This document shows positions 30,277 through 39,563 of a stretch of DNA of 64,000 nucleotides, in pieces. This stretch comes from a virus. Lineage: Duplodnaviria > Heunggongvirae > Uroviricota > Caudoviricetes. Below the pieces are notes generated by a model. That model ran no database searches. It was not told the origin of the DNA and saw only the letters and a list, made by a program, of their open reading frames with translations. The stretch is taken from IMG/VR virus record IMGVR_UViG_3300046355_000236; one strand, written 5' to 3'. Every line of letters starts with the position of its first letter. Positions within the stretch are counted from its first letter, which is position 1. A program made the position numbers and the translations under genes.

Positions 30277-30675
30277 ATGAAAGTCTTCATCTATTTCAAT
30301 CTGCACAAGCGTGTGTTCAGTGTGAAAGCCATGGAAGGTGAGAATAAGGGTCGTGTGATTGCTCATCGCGAGCAAGCTCTTGTCAACAACCCACAATTCC
30401 GTGTGTCTCAAGCTGGCCGCGCTCGTGTTCTTCGTGAAAAGAAGAAGAACGTCCATGCTGGCGTGTATGGTACATGGGTTGATGTTGTGGATGATGGCCT
30501 TGCTCGGACAGCTCTGTCGATTGCTGCTGACGGTCAGCCTGTCCGTTACAATCCGTACAAGTACGATTCATTCGTTGATGACAATGAACAACGTGTGTTC
30601 GAAGCACGTGTTGCTGCTCTGTCTCTGAGAACTAATGATGCTGGTCTGCGAGTCGGTTCGATCTCTATGATTTGA
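30277..30675 (+). CDS. hypothetical protein
   Basis: ORF with ggagct SD. Confidence 0.35.
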   Translation: MKVFIYFNLHKRVFSVKAMEGENKGRVIAHREQALVNNPQFRVSQAGRARVLREKKKNVHAGVYGTWVDVVDDGLARTALSIAADGQPVRYNPYKYDSFVDDNEQRVFEARVAALSLRTNDAGLRVGSISMI

Positions 30676-30733
30676 CCGTTGACATCCAATGCAATCTAAC
30701 AGATAATTGAGTCATCGCAAACAGGAGCACATC

Positions 30734-30970
30734 ATGAGCTGGAATCTCGAAGGCAAACGAATCAATGGCATGTACTTGGGTCTGTTCCCATACAGTGGTA
30801 CAGTGTTGGAGAGCCGTGTCAAGTATGGTGGCAAGGTTCAGCATACTGTCCAGGTAGATGAGCCATTCAAGGTGTATGGCGAAGTACGTGAGCGCGTGCT
30901 CGTGGAAGACTTCAATCGCATTCTGGACGAGCGCGATGCTCAGTATGCCGTTGACATGGCATCCGTCTGA
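30734..30970 (+). CDS. hypothetical small protein
   Basis: Internal Met of ORF 30707 with ggagcaca SD. Confidence 0.35.
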   Translation: MSWNLEGKRINGMYLGLFPYSGTVLESRVKYGGKVQHTVQVDEPFKVYGEVRERVLVEDFNRILDERDAQYAVDMASV

Positions 30971-31005
30971 ATGTATAATTGACACATCACAACACGGAGT
31001 ATGAT

Positions 31006-31206
31006 ATGATCAACGAAGCAAACGTTCTCGCAGTCGTCAAGCAAGTGACCAGCAAACGCGCATATTTCTTCAACGGTACACTGTTCCTGGAGACAGAGGA
31101 CTCGAAGATTGCTGTTGCTGTGTTCAATGCTCTGCGTGATAATATCACTGCGGCCTTGTCATTCTGCAAGGCTGGCCAAAGCGAAACAGCATACGACTTC
31201 ATCTAA
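31006..31206 (+). CDS. hypothetical small protein
   Basis: Internal Met with acggag SD. Confidence 0.35.
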   Translation: MINEANVLAVVKQVTSKRAYFFNGTLFLETEDSKIAVAVFNALRDNITAALSFCKAGQSETAYDFI

Positions 31207-31216
31207 GGATCACATC

Positions 31217-31417
31217 ATGTCTCTGACAATCGCTGAACGTAACTATCTCGAGGCTGAGCTGTTCGCTGTCGCTAATTTGCCAGTCGATGACAAGCACTTC
31301 CCATATGGATTCAATATGCAGATTCGCTCAGAGCGAGGTGCAACCAAATGGCTGAAAATCAGCCCTCGACAGATGAAAGCAATCGAGCAGATCCTGCTCA
31401 CAGGAGAACAACAATGA
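31217..31417 (+). CDS. hypothetical small protein
   Basis: Met37 of ORF 31109. Confidence 0.35.
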   Translation: MSLTIAERNYLEAELFAVANLPVDDKHFPYGFNMQIRSERGATKWLKISPRQMKAIEQILLTGEQQ

Positions 31418-31659
31418 ACCTTCGTGATAATGTACCAGAACACACTCTGGGAGCGATTGACAATTATGTCAAGCACAAGTACGAGCCAGGGAGCTTCCTG
31501 TACTCTGTGCTAATCAACGATCTCAAGGGAGCAGTCAGTTGTGCCGACATGATGAACCAGGCTGCACTTGCTGACATTGTCAAATATCTGTACAACTATG
31601 TTCCAGCAACGTGCTGGGGCAGTGAGGATGCAGTACAACGTTGGTTGGCATCGCGATGA
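31414..31659 (+). CDS. hypothetical small protein
   Basis: ATGA-coupled. Confidence 0.35.
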   Translation: MNLRDNVPEHTLGAIDNYVKHKYEPGSFLYSVLINDLKGAVSCADMMNQAALADIVKYLYNYVPATCWGSEDAVQRWLASR

Positions 31660-32039
31660 GAGAAGCAACACTATACACCATTCAGGAGCAGAGAGTGGTT
31701 GTCCATAACAGAGACTACGTCAGCTTCCATCGTATGGACGCTCCACATCTGATGTGGACAGATGATCACGCTAGTGCTCTACAGCCTATGAGACGGATCG
31801 ATGTCCCTGTTGAGCACATTGTTGAAGTGACGGATGGTGTTCGTAAGGATGATTTCATTGCGATTGACCCTGATCTACGGGAGATGATCGAGGCGCCGAT
31901 CAAACGTGAGCATGGTGAGCATATGGACATGCTAAGAAAACAGATTCAGATCCTGACATGGGATGTGGAGTGGTATCGACTGCGTGTCAAGGGGTACAAC
32001 GAACTGCCATGGTACAAACGCATTTGGAGAAAACCATGA
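31656..32039 (+). CDS. hypothetical protein
   Basis: ATGA-coupled. Confidence 0.35.
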   Translation: MREATLYTIQEQRVVVHNRDYVSFHRMDAPHLMWTDDHASALQPMRRIDVPVEHIVEVTDGVRKDDFIAIDPDLREMIEAPIKREHGEHMDMLRKQIQILTWDVEWYRLRVKGYNELPWYKRIWRKP

Positions 32040-32266
32040 CTGTGCCACGCGAGAGAACGAATGCTGTTGTGTTCACAGGGAACTTCCTGTACGATCTGAT
32101 TGATCCGAAGAAGACGCCACGTGTACCGAAAGCAATCCGTCAACGAGCAAAAGGTCTGCTCAGACATTATCCCACTCTGTATGAGATGGAAGTGATTGCT
32201 GACCGCGAAGATGGTGACAATCAACATCCATTCGGATCGAAAGTTTTTGGCAAAGGATATATGTAA
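32036..32266 (+). CDS. hypothetical small protein
   Basis: ATGA-coupled; Met27 of ORF 31958. Confidence 0.35.
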   Translation: MTVPRERTNAVVFTGNFLYDLIDPKKTPRVPKAIRQRAKGLLRHYPTLYEMEVIADREDGDNQHPFGSKVFGKGYM

Positions 32267-32478
32267 TGGCAAGGATCGAAAAGCCTCAGGGCGATATGTT
32301 CAAAGTGGAGTTCACAGAGTATGAACGTGGATGGGGATCAAAGCACTGGGACACTGAGTATTATGACAACGAAGCGGAGGCTCGTCAACGAGCAGTCGAC
32401 TACAACAAGGAGCATAACAACTTGGATTCTGCTCCCGACTGGTATGTCCGTGCTGATTATGCTGGTATGGTGCGGTAA
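32266..32478 (+). CDS. hypothetical small protein
   Basis: Coupled ORF. Confidence 0.35.
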   Translation: MARIEKPQGDMFKVEFTEYERGWGSKHWDTEYYDNEAEARQRAVDYNKEHNNLDSAPDWYVRADYAGMVR

Positions 32479-32672
32479 TGGAGCAGGACTATGATGTTGT
32501 AGTTGATGTCCTGCAAAAGCATTACGACAAGTTGTGGGACATGACAAGACAGAACATGCAGTCTGAGTTCATAGGGATGAACATCATGGATGACATTCGC
32601 CTAAGGCAGATGGATGAGCTTAGAGAAGCGATCTGGATGTGGCAAGAGAAAAAGCTCCATGAAACTAAGTGA
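32478..32672 (+). CDS. hypothetical small protein
   Basis: Coupled ORF. Confidence 0.35.
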   Translation: MEQDYDVVVDVLQKHYDKLWDMTRQNMQSEFIGMNIMDDIRLRQMDELREAIWMWQEKKLHETK

Positions 32673-32985
32673 ACTTCACAGGATTGTCAACCTAACACAC
32701 CGTCCGGGCCATTATGTGGATCCGGACGTAACTATTGCAATCAGCATGCCATATGCTACGATTGGCGCTCATCCTATGGTCAATGTCAAATCAGCATCGC
32801 TAGGGTTTGACTGGGAGAATGGCAAGTTCATAATCTGGCCAGAGGAAAAGCTACAGCATTTCGATGTTGACTTTGCTGCTCAAATGAGTAAAATGCAAAA
32901 GGAGCTTGGTGCGTCTGACTATGAGCGCCGAGGGTTACAGGCCGAGGTCAAGAGACTGAGGAAACTATTGAAAGAGAGCGAATGA
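32659..32985 (+). CDS. hypothetical protein
   Basis: Met16 of ORF 32614. Confidence 0.35.
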   Translation: MKLSELHRIVNLTHRPGHYVDPDVTIAISMPYATIGAHPMVNVKSASLGFDWENGKFIIWPEEKLQHFDVDFAAQMSKMQKELGASDYERRGLQAEVKRLRKLLKESE

Positions 32986-33091
32986 TGTGTGGTGAAAGTA
33001 TTGTGTTGTACATTGTACTTGGCCTGTTCATTGCTGGAATTGTATGGGTGCTGCATCTATTCCATGCAGCAACAAAACGATAGGGAGTACC

Positions 33092-33316
33092 ATGGGACGG
33101 TATGTTGAAGTATACATTGACGAGGACTGGCAAGATGATGTCTCAGATGAGGATCTGATCGCTGAGTGTGATGCCCGGGGGCTCGAAATAGAGGACCCAT
33201 TAGACAAACAGGTCAAGCACATTATTACAGCAATGTGGCTGAAAAGACGACTGGGTGTTGACCATCAGAGCGAAATTGATCAGTTGATCTATTGCGCAAT
33301 TGGAAAGATCATATGA
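33092..33316 (+). CDS. hypothetical small acidic protein
   Basis: Met17 of ORF 33044. Confidence 0.35.
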   Translation: MGRYVEVYIDEDWQDDVSDEDLIAECDARGLEIEDPLDKQVKHIITAMWLKRRLGVDHQSEIDQLIYCAIGKII

Positions 33317-33492
33317 AAATCCTGACAGACGAGCAGATTGCACGGTGGAAGTCAAAGACAACACGGCAGCTCGAGCAAGACCTCAAGAAGGCCATGGAGT
33401 TTGTGCAGGAATACCCTCAGTTTGAGCATTCATTGCACAATGAGTACATTCACTTGCTTAAGCGAGAGATTGCTGAAAGGATTGGACGTTGA
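33313..33492 (+). CDS. hypothetical small protein
   Basis: ATGA-coupled. Confidence 0.35.
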   Translation: MKILTDEQIARWKSKTTRQLEQDLKKAMEFVQEYPQFEHSLHNEYIHLLKREIAERIGR

Positions 33493-33701
33493 ACGAGCAC
33501 ATTAAGAGTTTATCACAAAAGGCTTTGGACTATGCTGCTGAGCAGTATGGTCCTCAACGTCGTGATGAGAAGGTATGGGAGGCATCTGTGTTTGATGAGA
33601 AGTTCGCTGAGCTGATCGTGCGAGCATGTATTGATATCGCTTTGGCCAACGATGATCCATACACTGCTGTGGACATTGGCAACTACTTTGGTGTGAAATG
33701 A
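33489..33701 (+). CDS. hypothetical small protein (paralog family ending YFGVK)
   Basis: Probable TTG start; ..FAELIVRACIDIA..NYFGVK. Confidence 0.3.
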   Translation: MNEHIKSLSQKALDYAAEQYGPQRRDEKVWEASVFDEKFAELIVRACIDIALANDDPYTAVDIGNYFGVK

Positions 33702-33994
33702 AGACGACCAAGCTGGTGCTGAGGACATGGGAACAATGGGAATCTGATGGTTTCCATGTGATAAAGGGCCAAAGAGCTACAGCATACAATGGAAGAAGTC
33801 AAGCGTTGTTCTCATCAGCACAAGTGACAAAGACGATCCATCACAGCTTCGGTGATATACACTATCCACATGGAGAAGTGTTGACTGCTAGTGAACCACA
33901 GCCAAGGACAGTGTACTATGCTGATGGGTCAGGGTATGTTGATTATGGTGGTCCGTGCGGACCGTTGTACTTTGATAGGAATGGCAATACATGA
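33698..33994 (+). CDS. hypothetical small protein
   Basis: Coupled ORF. Confidence 0.35.
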   Translation: MKTTKLVLRTWEQWESDGFHVIKGQRATAYNGRSQALFSSAQVTKTIHHSFGDIHYPHGEVLTASEPQPRTVYYADGSGYVDYGGPCGPLYFDRNGNT

Positions 33995-34133
33995 AAACGT
34001 ATTATGTCGTGTACAAGTCGTACCAGAGGCCAGGACTGGAACATTATGAGGTTGTTGCAGAGAACAAAGCCGTTGCCAGGATGAAGTTTCTGGAAGAGAA
34101 TATCAAGCATGACTACATCATCAAGATCATTCT

Positions 34134-34400
34134 ATGATACACTACAGTAACACAAACAATCCAATTGACTTTCCCAAGGCCAGTGATAAGCCTTTTGTCG
34201 ATCAGATCATTGGTCAGGCATTGGATGATGTTGTCAGCCACACATGGACATCATTACAATACGAACAGGTCACTGATGTTCAGAGGCGAACGATAGAGCT
34301 CGTGGTCAGGGAATGTGCATTGATTGCTGGCCTGATGGAGCTTGAAGGTCGTAAGAGTATTGGAGCTGTTATGTTGGACAGATTTGGAGTACCGCAATGA
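34134..34400 (+). CDS. hypothetical small protein (paralog family ending RFGVPQ)
   Basis: ..ELVVRECALIAG..MLDRFGVPQ. Confidence 0.35.
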   Translation: MIHYSNTNNPIDFPKASDKPFVDQIIGQALDDVVSHTWTSLQYEQVTDVQRRTIELVVRECALIAGLMELEGRKSIGAVMLDRFGVPQ

Positions 34401-34891
34401 TCCGATGGATTGAAAATGTTAGCATGAGTGCTATTCACCTTGGTCACCATAGTGATCTGGGGGATAATTGCTTGCTGATCCGCATTCAGGACCCAGCAAC
34501 GGAGTTCAAACCATCAAAACGTCAGTTCAAGCAAGTGCATTGTTTTGAATTCCTCGATGCAGAGGACTCGGACGGGTTTCCAGATGAGACCAAGATCAGT
34601 GATGATCAGGCAAAGGAAATCATTTCGCTGCTTGAGCATGCACTTGAGAAGCAGATGAACGTGATGGTTCATTGTCATGCAGGGATCTGTAGGAGCGGTG
34701 CTGTCACTGAGGTTGGTACAATGATGGGGTTCACGGCAACGGAACGTTTTCGTCAGCCAAACCTTCGTGTCAAGCATAAGATGATGAAGGCACTCGGATG
34801 GACATATGACTCTGATGAGCCTAAGAAGTCTGTTGGTGGATGGATATCTGATGGTGGCGTGTGGCTGCCAGACAACTTTGGAGTAGAATAA
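34397..34891 (+). CDS. Cys-based protein-tyrosine / dual-specificity phosphatase
   Basis: VHCHAGICRSGAV is the HCxAGxxRS(G) P-loop. Confidence 0.65.
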   Translation: MIRWIENVSMSAIHLGHHSDLGDNCLLIRIQDPATEFKPSKRQFKQVHCFEFLDAEDSDGFPDETKISDDQAKEIISLLEHALEKQMNVMVHCHAGICRSGAVTEVGTMMGFTATERFRQPNLRVKHKMMKALGWTYDSDEPKKSVGGWISDGGVWLPDNFGVE

Positions 34892-35094
34892 TGATCGAAT
34901 TTAGGTATGTCATTCGTAAGAGCAGTGCGACTGCTGAAAAGATCAGGGAGTATGCTAATGAGCATGACATTCCTTTGATGCTGGCCAAGAGAGAATTGGA
35001 AGATGTAACTGATCCAATCCTGCAGTATCGTGTGCTACCCGTTCCTGCATTGTGGCAGGATGTTCAAACTGTTGTGGAGTACCGGAATGAATGA
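34891..35094 (+). CDS. hypothetical small protein
   Basis: Met11 of ORF 34861. Confidence 0.3.
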   Translation: MIEFRYVIRKSSATAEKIREYANEHDIPLMLAKRELEDVTDPILQYRVLPVPALWQDVQTVVEYRNE

Positions 35095-35299
35095 TCAGAT
35101 CTATAAACTTTACGCACGAGCATTTCAAGTGTTTGACAAACGTGATGAAAACTATTACGAAATGATGGCTAAGTTCACAGAGTTGATTGTTGAGGAGTGC
35201 GTTCAAGTTGCCGGACCAGATGATTCGTATACGGACGAGTGGTTCAAGGCAAAAGCAGATTCTGTGGCAAAGATCAAGCAACATTTTGGAATTCAATAA
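35087..35299 (+). CDS. hypothetical small protein (paralog family ending KQHFGIQ)
   Basis: ..FTELIVEECVQVAG..IKQHFGIQ. Confidence 0.35.
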   Translation: MNDQIYKLYARAFQVFDKRDENYYEMMAKFTELIVEECVQVAGPDDSYTDEWFKAKADSVAKIKQHFGIQ

Positions 35300-35469
35300 T
35301 GTCTCAGTTCGTTGTAAGAGAAGTTGAATGGGGTGGTGATGTGGATGGCACTGGTCCTGAGCGTTGGCTGGGCAGGGCATTGGGATGTTTCGACACTGAG
35401 AATGAAGCCTTGGACTTCGTCGATACACAGTGGACTGATTGTCAAGTTGTTGAAGAAGAAGTAAAATGA
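35299..35469 (+). CDS. hypothetical small protein
   Basis: Met21 of ORF 35239. Confidence 0.3.
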   Translation: MSQFVVREVEWGGDVDGTGPERWLGRALGCFDTENEALDFVDTQWTDCQVVEEEVK

Positions 35470-35714
35470 CCGAAGCTAAACCATGTCCATTCTGCGGAAC
35501 AAAAATCGACGTCAACAACCGAGACATCATGTATCCGGCAGGATTTGGTTGGAAGGAAGAAGACGGGCATCGACACTATGTGGACATATATGATGTGCCA
35601 CACGAACAGTGGTGCTATAAGATTGTTTGCCAAGAGCACTATGGCGGATGCTGTGCACAGATGATTGGTGATTCTGTTGATGAAGTTATAGAGAAATGGA
35701 ATAAGCGAGTATGA
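35466..35714 (+). CDS. small Cys-rich (zinc-ribbon-like) protein
   Basis: CPFCG ... CYKIVCQEHYGGCC. Confidence 0.35.
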   Translation: MTEAKPCPFCGTKIDVNNRDIMYPAGFGWKEEDGHRHYVDIYDVPHEQWCYKIVCQEHYGGCCAQMIGDSVDEVIEKWNKRV

Positions 35715-36025
35715 ATGATCAAATCAAAGCCGGAGCTGAGATCCATGCAGGGGATGGTGGATACTCTATTGGCACGAAGGAAGCTCATGATGAATTTGTT
35801 AAAGCACGTAATGCGTCAATGGAGCAGACAGCAATCGAGCAATGGCTGAGTAAGCCACGTCCATGGCCACAGGCATGTGGATGTCTCGGTCCGATCAATG
35901 GTGATCCTGTATGTCCATGTGCAATGCAATGGATGGAGAAGGTTGCCGGGCAATGGTATCAGATTATTGAGCACCATGGTCCGTCTGGCGTTACGCATAC
36001 AGCACAGTTGGTGGAGGTCAAATGA
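35711..36025 (+). CDS. hypothetical protein
   Basis: Coupled ORF; Cys/Trp motifs CGCLGPINGDPVCPCAMQW. Confidence 0.35.
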   Translation: MNDQIKAGAEIHAGDGGYSIGTKEAHDEFVKARNASMEQTAIEQWLSKPRPWPQACGCLGPINGDPVCPCAMQWMEKVAGQWYQIIEHHGPSGVTHTAQLVEVK

Positions 36026-36155
36026 ATGATTTGATGGTAATAGAAGAGGTTGACCAACTTGATGATCTGCCAGAGTATTGTCCGACATGCGGGCTGGAGT
36101 GGAGCGGTACGAGCTGTGGTCTTGATGATTGCGGATGGGTAACAGGAGGTGACGA

Positions 36156-36224
36156 ATGAACGAACGAATCAAAGAACTTGCTAGAGTTATACATTACATG
36201 CAATATGGAGAATATCATGGATAA
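36156..36224 (+). pseudogene. truncated N-terminal remnant of the MNERI.. paralog family
   Basis: atgaacgaacgaatcaaagaacttgct duplicates the start of 36498..36710, then hits a stop after 22 codons. Confidence 0.35.
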
Positions 36225-36501
36225 GCGACTTATGCAGCTGATTCAAGAAACTAAAGGTATACTTCGTAACAAAACAATTACCGTAGATGATTTGAATAGA
36301 GCGTTGGCATGTGCAGAATGGTCTGAGCGGGTTTTACGTGGACAAATATCAAAAGAAATCAGTGAGTTGTTGACCAAGTTTGTTGAAGAAATTCTATTAC
36401 TCAATAAAGAAATTCAAAAAGATATGGACTATATGGCTGCCAGAGATTACTCTGATTGGGTTAGTGATTCTCAGTCTAATTACGATTGCGGGGAACTATG
36501 A
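36205..36501 (+). CDS. hypothetical protein
   Basis: Met10 of ORF 36178. Confidence 0.35.
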   Translation: MENIMDKRLMQLIQETKGILRNKTITVDDLNRALACAEWSERVLRGQISKEISELLTKFVEEILLLNKEIQKDMDYMAARDYSDWVSDSQSNYDCGEL

Positions 36502-36710
36502 ACGAACGAATTCTACAACTTGCTGAACAAGCTAACGTCAATTTTGGTAAAGGCTTAGAATTTGCGGTGGTGTTTGGTGAGCTAGAAGATTTTAAAAAGT
36601 TCGCCGAGTTGCTTGTTCAGGAATGTGCTACAATCGCAGATAAAAACAGCCCGTTGTCATATCCGGATCATGGCATTAAGATTAAAAGACATTTCGGAGT
36701 TGAAGAATGA
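36498..36710 (+). CDS. hypothetical small protein (paralog family ending KRHFGVEE)
   Basis: MNERILQLAEQ..FAELLVQECATIA..IKRHFGVEE. Confidence 0.4.
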   Translation: MNERILQLAEQANVNFGKGLEFAVVFGELEDFKKFAELLVQECATIADKNSPLSYPDHGIKIKRHFGVEE

Positions 36711-36925
36711 ACATCCAAACAGTAGCAGAAAATCTGCGTAACACAATCTCCGGCAAAGAACAATATTTGGTAGCAGTCATTAATGGACTGCAAAGCTCCA
36801 AAGGTGTTGATCGTGTTGTTCTTAAAACTACAAAGGCTATGCTTGAACTCAACATCAACGAACTCAAGCGTGTCTTGCAGGATGTGGAACAGTGTGAAGA
36901 TCAATTAGCCGCTGACGCTAGATAA
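36707..36925 (+). CDS. hypothetical small protein
   Basis: Coupled ORF. Confidence 0.35.
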   Translation: MNIQTVAENLRNTISGKEQYLVAVINGLQSSKGVDRVVLKTTKAMLELNINELKRVLQDVEQCEDQLAADAR

Positions 36926-36937
36926 TAAGGAAATAGT

Positions 36938-37094
36938 ATGAGTCAAATTCTAGTTTGAACAACTTGAGTTAGTAAGCGACACCGAGTCCTTCGATGCGAT
37001 GCCTGAAGGAGCCAAAGACCACTCATTTGGTCGTGTGGTTGCCATCAATCAAGTTGTAGCGGATATCAAAGAACATTTCGGAGTTGAAGAATGA
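36938..37094 (+). pseudogene. frameshifted/truncated member of the ..HFGVEE paralog family
   Basis: ATG MSQILV then stop; a different frame continues ..FDAMPEGAKDHSFGRVVAINQVVADIKEHFGVEE. Confidence 0.35.
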
Positions 37095-37294
37095 ATGTAC
37101 AACAATTGATTGATAAGCTCAAAGAGTATCCAAAGGACAGTATGGTTGTCGTCAATGGGTACGAAGGTGGGGTGAGTGAAGTCAGTAGCATGTCCGAGTG
37201 TAGGCTACGATTAAATGTCAATACTGCATGGTATTATGGGTGTCATGAGGTGAAAGATGATGGCGATACACCTGCTGTGTGGATTGGCGGGTAA
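37091..37294 (+). CDS. hypothetical small protein
   Basis: ATGA-coupled. Confidence 0.35.
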   Translation: MNVQQLIDKLKEYPKDSMVVVNGYEGGVSEVSSMSECRLRLNVNTAWYYGCHEVKDDGDTPAVWIGG

Positions 37295-37402
37295 AGTAAT
37301 TAATTTGTGTGTGACAATGGAATAATTTAATTAATTAATGTCTGAGCGGAATTAATTAAAATAATTGTTGTATGCACATGCGAACCAGGAGATAATTGGC
37401 GT

Positions 37403-37750
37403 ATGAATAATGCTCTTACATCATTTGAATGGTTCGTACTATACATTGTAGTGACGAGTGCCGTCGCTCATGTCCAATGGGTAAAGAAGGCGGCAAGTAA
37501 GAAGAAGACTACAGTACGTAAGCCAGTAGCACAACAGGTAGAAGAGCCACAGCCAAAACAAGCTAAATGCGCACAAACAGTAGAGAATGTGTATAAAGAG
37601 CGATTGATTACCCCTAAGGAGACTAAGGTAAGGGATAGGGTAGTAAAGGTCAATGAGAAGGCAGCACAGTACTACCTTATGCAGAAAGAGATAGACAGAG
37701 GGATGGCCAACTTGACTAGCAAGTATCATAAAGGTTCCCAAGCAAAGTGA
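37403..37750 (+). CDS. small membrane-anchored basic protein
   Basis: N-terminal TM, then Lys-rich segment; ggagataa SD. Confidence 0.4.
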   Translation: MNNALTSFEWFVLYIVVTSAVAHVQWVKKAASKKKTTVRKPVAQQVEEPQPKQAKCAQTVENVYKERLITPKETKVRDRVVKVNEKAAQYYLMQKEIDRGMANLTSKYHKGSQAK

Positions 37751-38391
37751 TGGGAGATCCCGTTTACCTGGCATAGCAGAAAGCCAGTTACCTATACACG
37801 TTACCTGCATCCACTAGAATCCGTTTTACCAGCGTTTTACCCACTCGTCTATAGGATGATGTGGGTTTTCGTTGTTCACATTTAAATACGGTTTTAAACA
37901 GGGTATCGTGACACATTGTTGCTCTAATGCCGGGATAAAAGAAACAATCTTGCTAATCCGCAGGGTATCGGGATAAAGTGTTGCTTTCCAGGATATTCCT
38001 GCCACTATCGGCCGCTTATGTGCTTGGACACAAAAGTACCCACAGCCACGCTCAGAGTAGCACAGGATAGCCACAGTAGCACTTTTGGTTCCAGAAACGT
38101 TCTGGACACAGAGTAGCCCATAGCACTTCTGTGTCCCAGCCGGAGTTGAACACAGAGTAGCCACTAGCACGTTTGGTTCCAGTTCGAGCCTGGACACTGA
38201 AGTCCCATAGCACTTTTGTTTCCCATTCAGATTGAACACAGAATAGCTACAGCCCTTTCTAGCCACACAGCTATAGTTTTAGCAACAGCAATCGTATATC
38301 AAAACATGCAAGCTTGTCAACAGTAAGGTTATTCAAGCGTACAGTTGACAAGGTTATTATTTTGCTGTATGCTGCTGAGTGGGAAGATCCC
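37751..38391. repeat. coding-free repeat region framed by direct repeats TGGGA(A)GATCCC (37751 and 38380)
   Basis: Six GTT(T)(T)ACC copies at 37761-37850, GGGTATCG.. direct repeats at 37900-37990, and five imperfect ~44-nt tandem units (ACAGAGTAGCC.ATAGCACTT.TGT.TCC..) at 38049-38280; no ORF of 60 aa or more on the + strand. Confidence 0.6.
38343..38371 (+). promoter_or_regulatory. sigma70-like early promoter candidate
   Basis: TTGACA-17 nt-TATGCT with upstream duplicated gtcaacagtaaggttatt motif. Confidence 0.35.
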
Positions 38392-38595
38392 AAAACTCGG
38401 CCGCAACTATTATTAGTCACTCTCGCTGTCCATCCCCAGATTGCCTGTTCGAACGCATGTCAGTAGCATCTCATAGATCTGAGGGTCAGTCAACATGTAA
38501 ATAATGTCCTTCAATTCCGTATGGATACTTTGTAGCCATGTTGTCAGAAGTTCAAAAACCATGATGATAGACGCAACAACCACAGGAGTGTTTCT

Positions 38596-38781
38596 ATGAC
38601 GATCGATCAAATCAATTCAATTGCACGTCTACAACGGATGGAACGACAGTTGTATCAGACAATCACCAAAACGATTCCGATGCGGAATATCGATCAGGCA
38701 AAATGGATGCACGAACAACTCACTACCATACAACAACACATCCGTCAACAACAACAATATTGTGCTTACAAACAAGGCTGA
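38596..38781 (+). CDS. hypothetical small Gln-rich protein
   Basis: ORF only. Confidence 0.3.
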   Translation: MTIDQINSIARLQRMERQLYQTITKTIPMRNIDQAKWMHEQLTTIQQHIRQQQQYCAYKQG

Positions 38782-38850
38782 TACTTCTAACCTACGTTGA
38801 CCAAGTTCAGAATCCATCAGACAATCATCACACATTAACAGGAGAATCAC

Positions 38851-39213
38851 ATGATCAATACTACTCACCCCTTCCCCAGCGTCAACAACAACAACCTGCA
38901 GAAGGTTCTACACGATCGTGACACTATTCGCGCACTCGCTGTTCAAATTGTCGGTGCGCAAGTAGAGGCACATTTGGACATGATTTCGGATGCTGGCACT
39001 ATTGAGTACGGAACGTTCCAAGAAGTAGCAGGATGTATTCAAGGGGCAAAAGAGAGTGTAAAGGACTACATTGCCGATCTGTTGGCAGACTTCAGTACTA
39101 CTCTTTACGAAGAAGTCGCTAAGGTGAAAGTGGAAACAAAAGCGTTCATTCAGAAACCGACAGCAGATGGTCGGATCGACATCGATGCAGAAGTGGATGT
39201 GTATATCGACTGA
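38851..39213 (+). CDS. hypothetical protein
   Basis: ORF with aggagaa SD. Confidence 0.4.
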   Translation: MINTTHPFPSVNNNNLQKVLHDRDTIRALAVQIVGAQVEAHLDMISDAGTIEYGTFQEVAGCIQGAKESVKDYIADLLADFSTTLYEEVAKVKVETKAFIQKPTADGRIDIDAEVDVYID

Positions 39214-39232
39214 GAGTCAACAGGATCAAATA

Positions 39233-39478
39233 ATGCCCTTCTCTTTTGGGAGGGTATTGTTGGACACTGTTGTCCGTTTGGAGAAAAGCATGACCGAATT
39301 CACACATGACGATTATGAGGAGTTTCTGAACGACATCCATCCTGAGGTGGTTGTCTTGGGATCGAAAGTAGGGTACGGATCGATTGCACGTTCTGTTGAA
39401 CCGATTGGCTTTGTAGAGTCTTTCAATCAATATGTCAACAGCTTCGATCAATACCCTTCACAAACCAACGCTTATTAA
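39233..39478 (+). CDS. hypothetical small protein
   Basis: Met23 of ORF 39167. Confidence 0.35.
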   Translation: MPFSFGRVLLDTVVRLEKSMTEFTHDDYEEFLNDIHPEVVVLGSKVGYGSIARSVEPIGFVESFNQYVNSFDQYPSQTNAY

Positions 39479-39563
39479 ATTAACAGTTGACCAAGTTTAG
39501 AAACTGTTGATAATAGGACGTACTGCAGTAAGCAGTGATTCAAAAACCTAAATGGAGTTTATC

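Noticed and set aside
37826-38266. 146-aa - strand ORF across the repeat region.
   Set aside because: Its composition mirrors the nucleotide repeats and there is no SD. It is probably an artefact of repetitive sequence.
38049-38280. Tandem ~44-nt repeats considered as a CRISPR array.
   Set aside because: Units are imperfect and contiguous with no unique spacers of uniform length. There is no leader/cas context.
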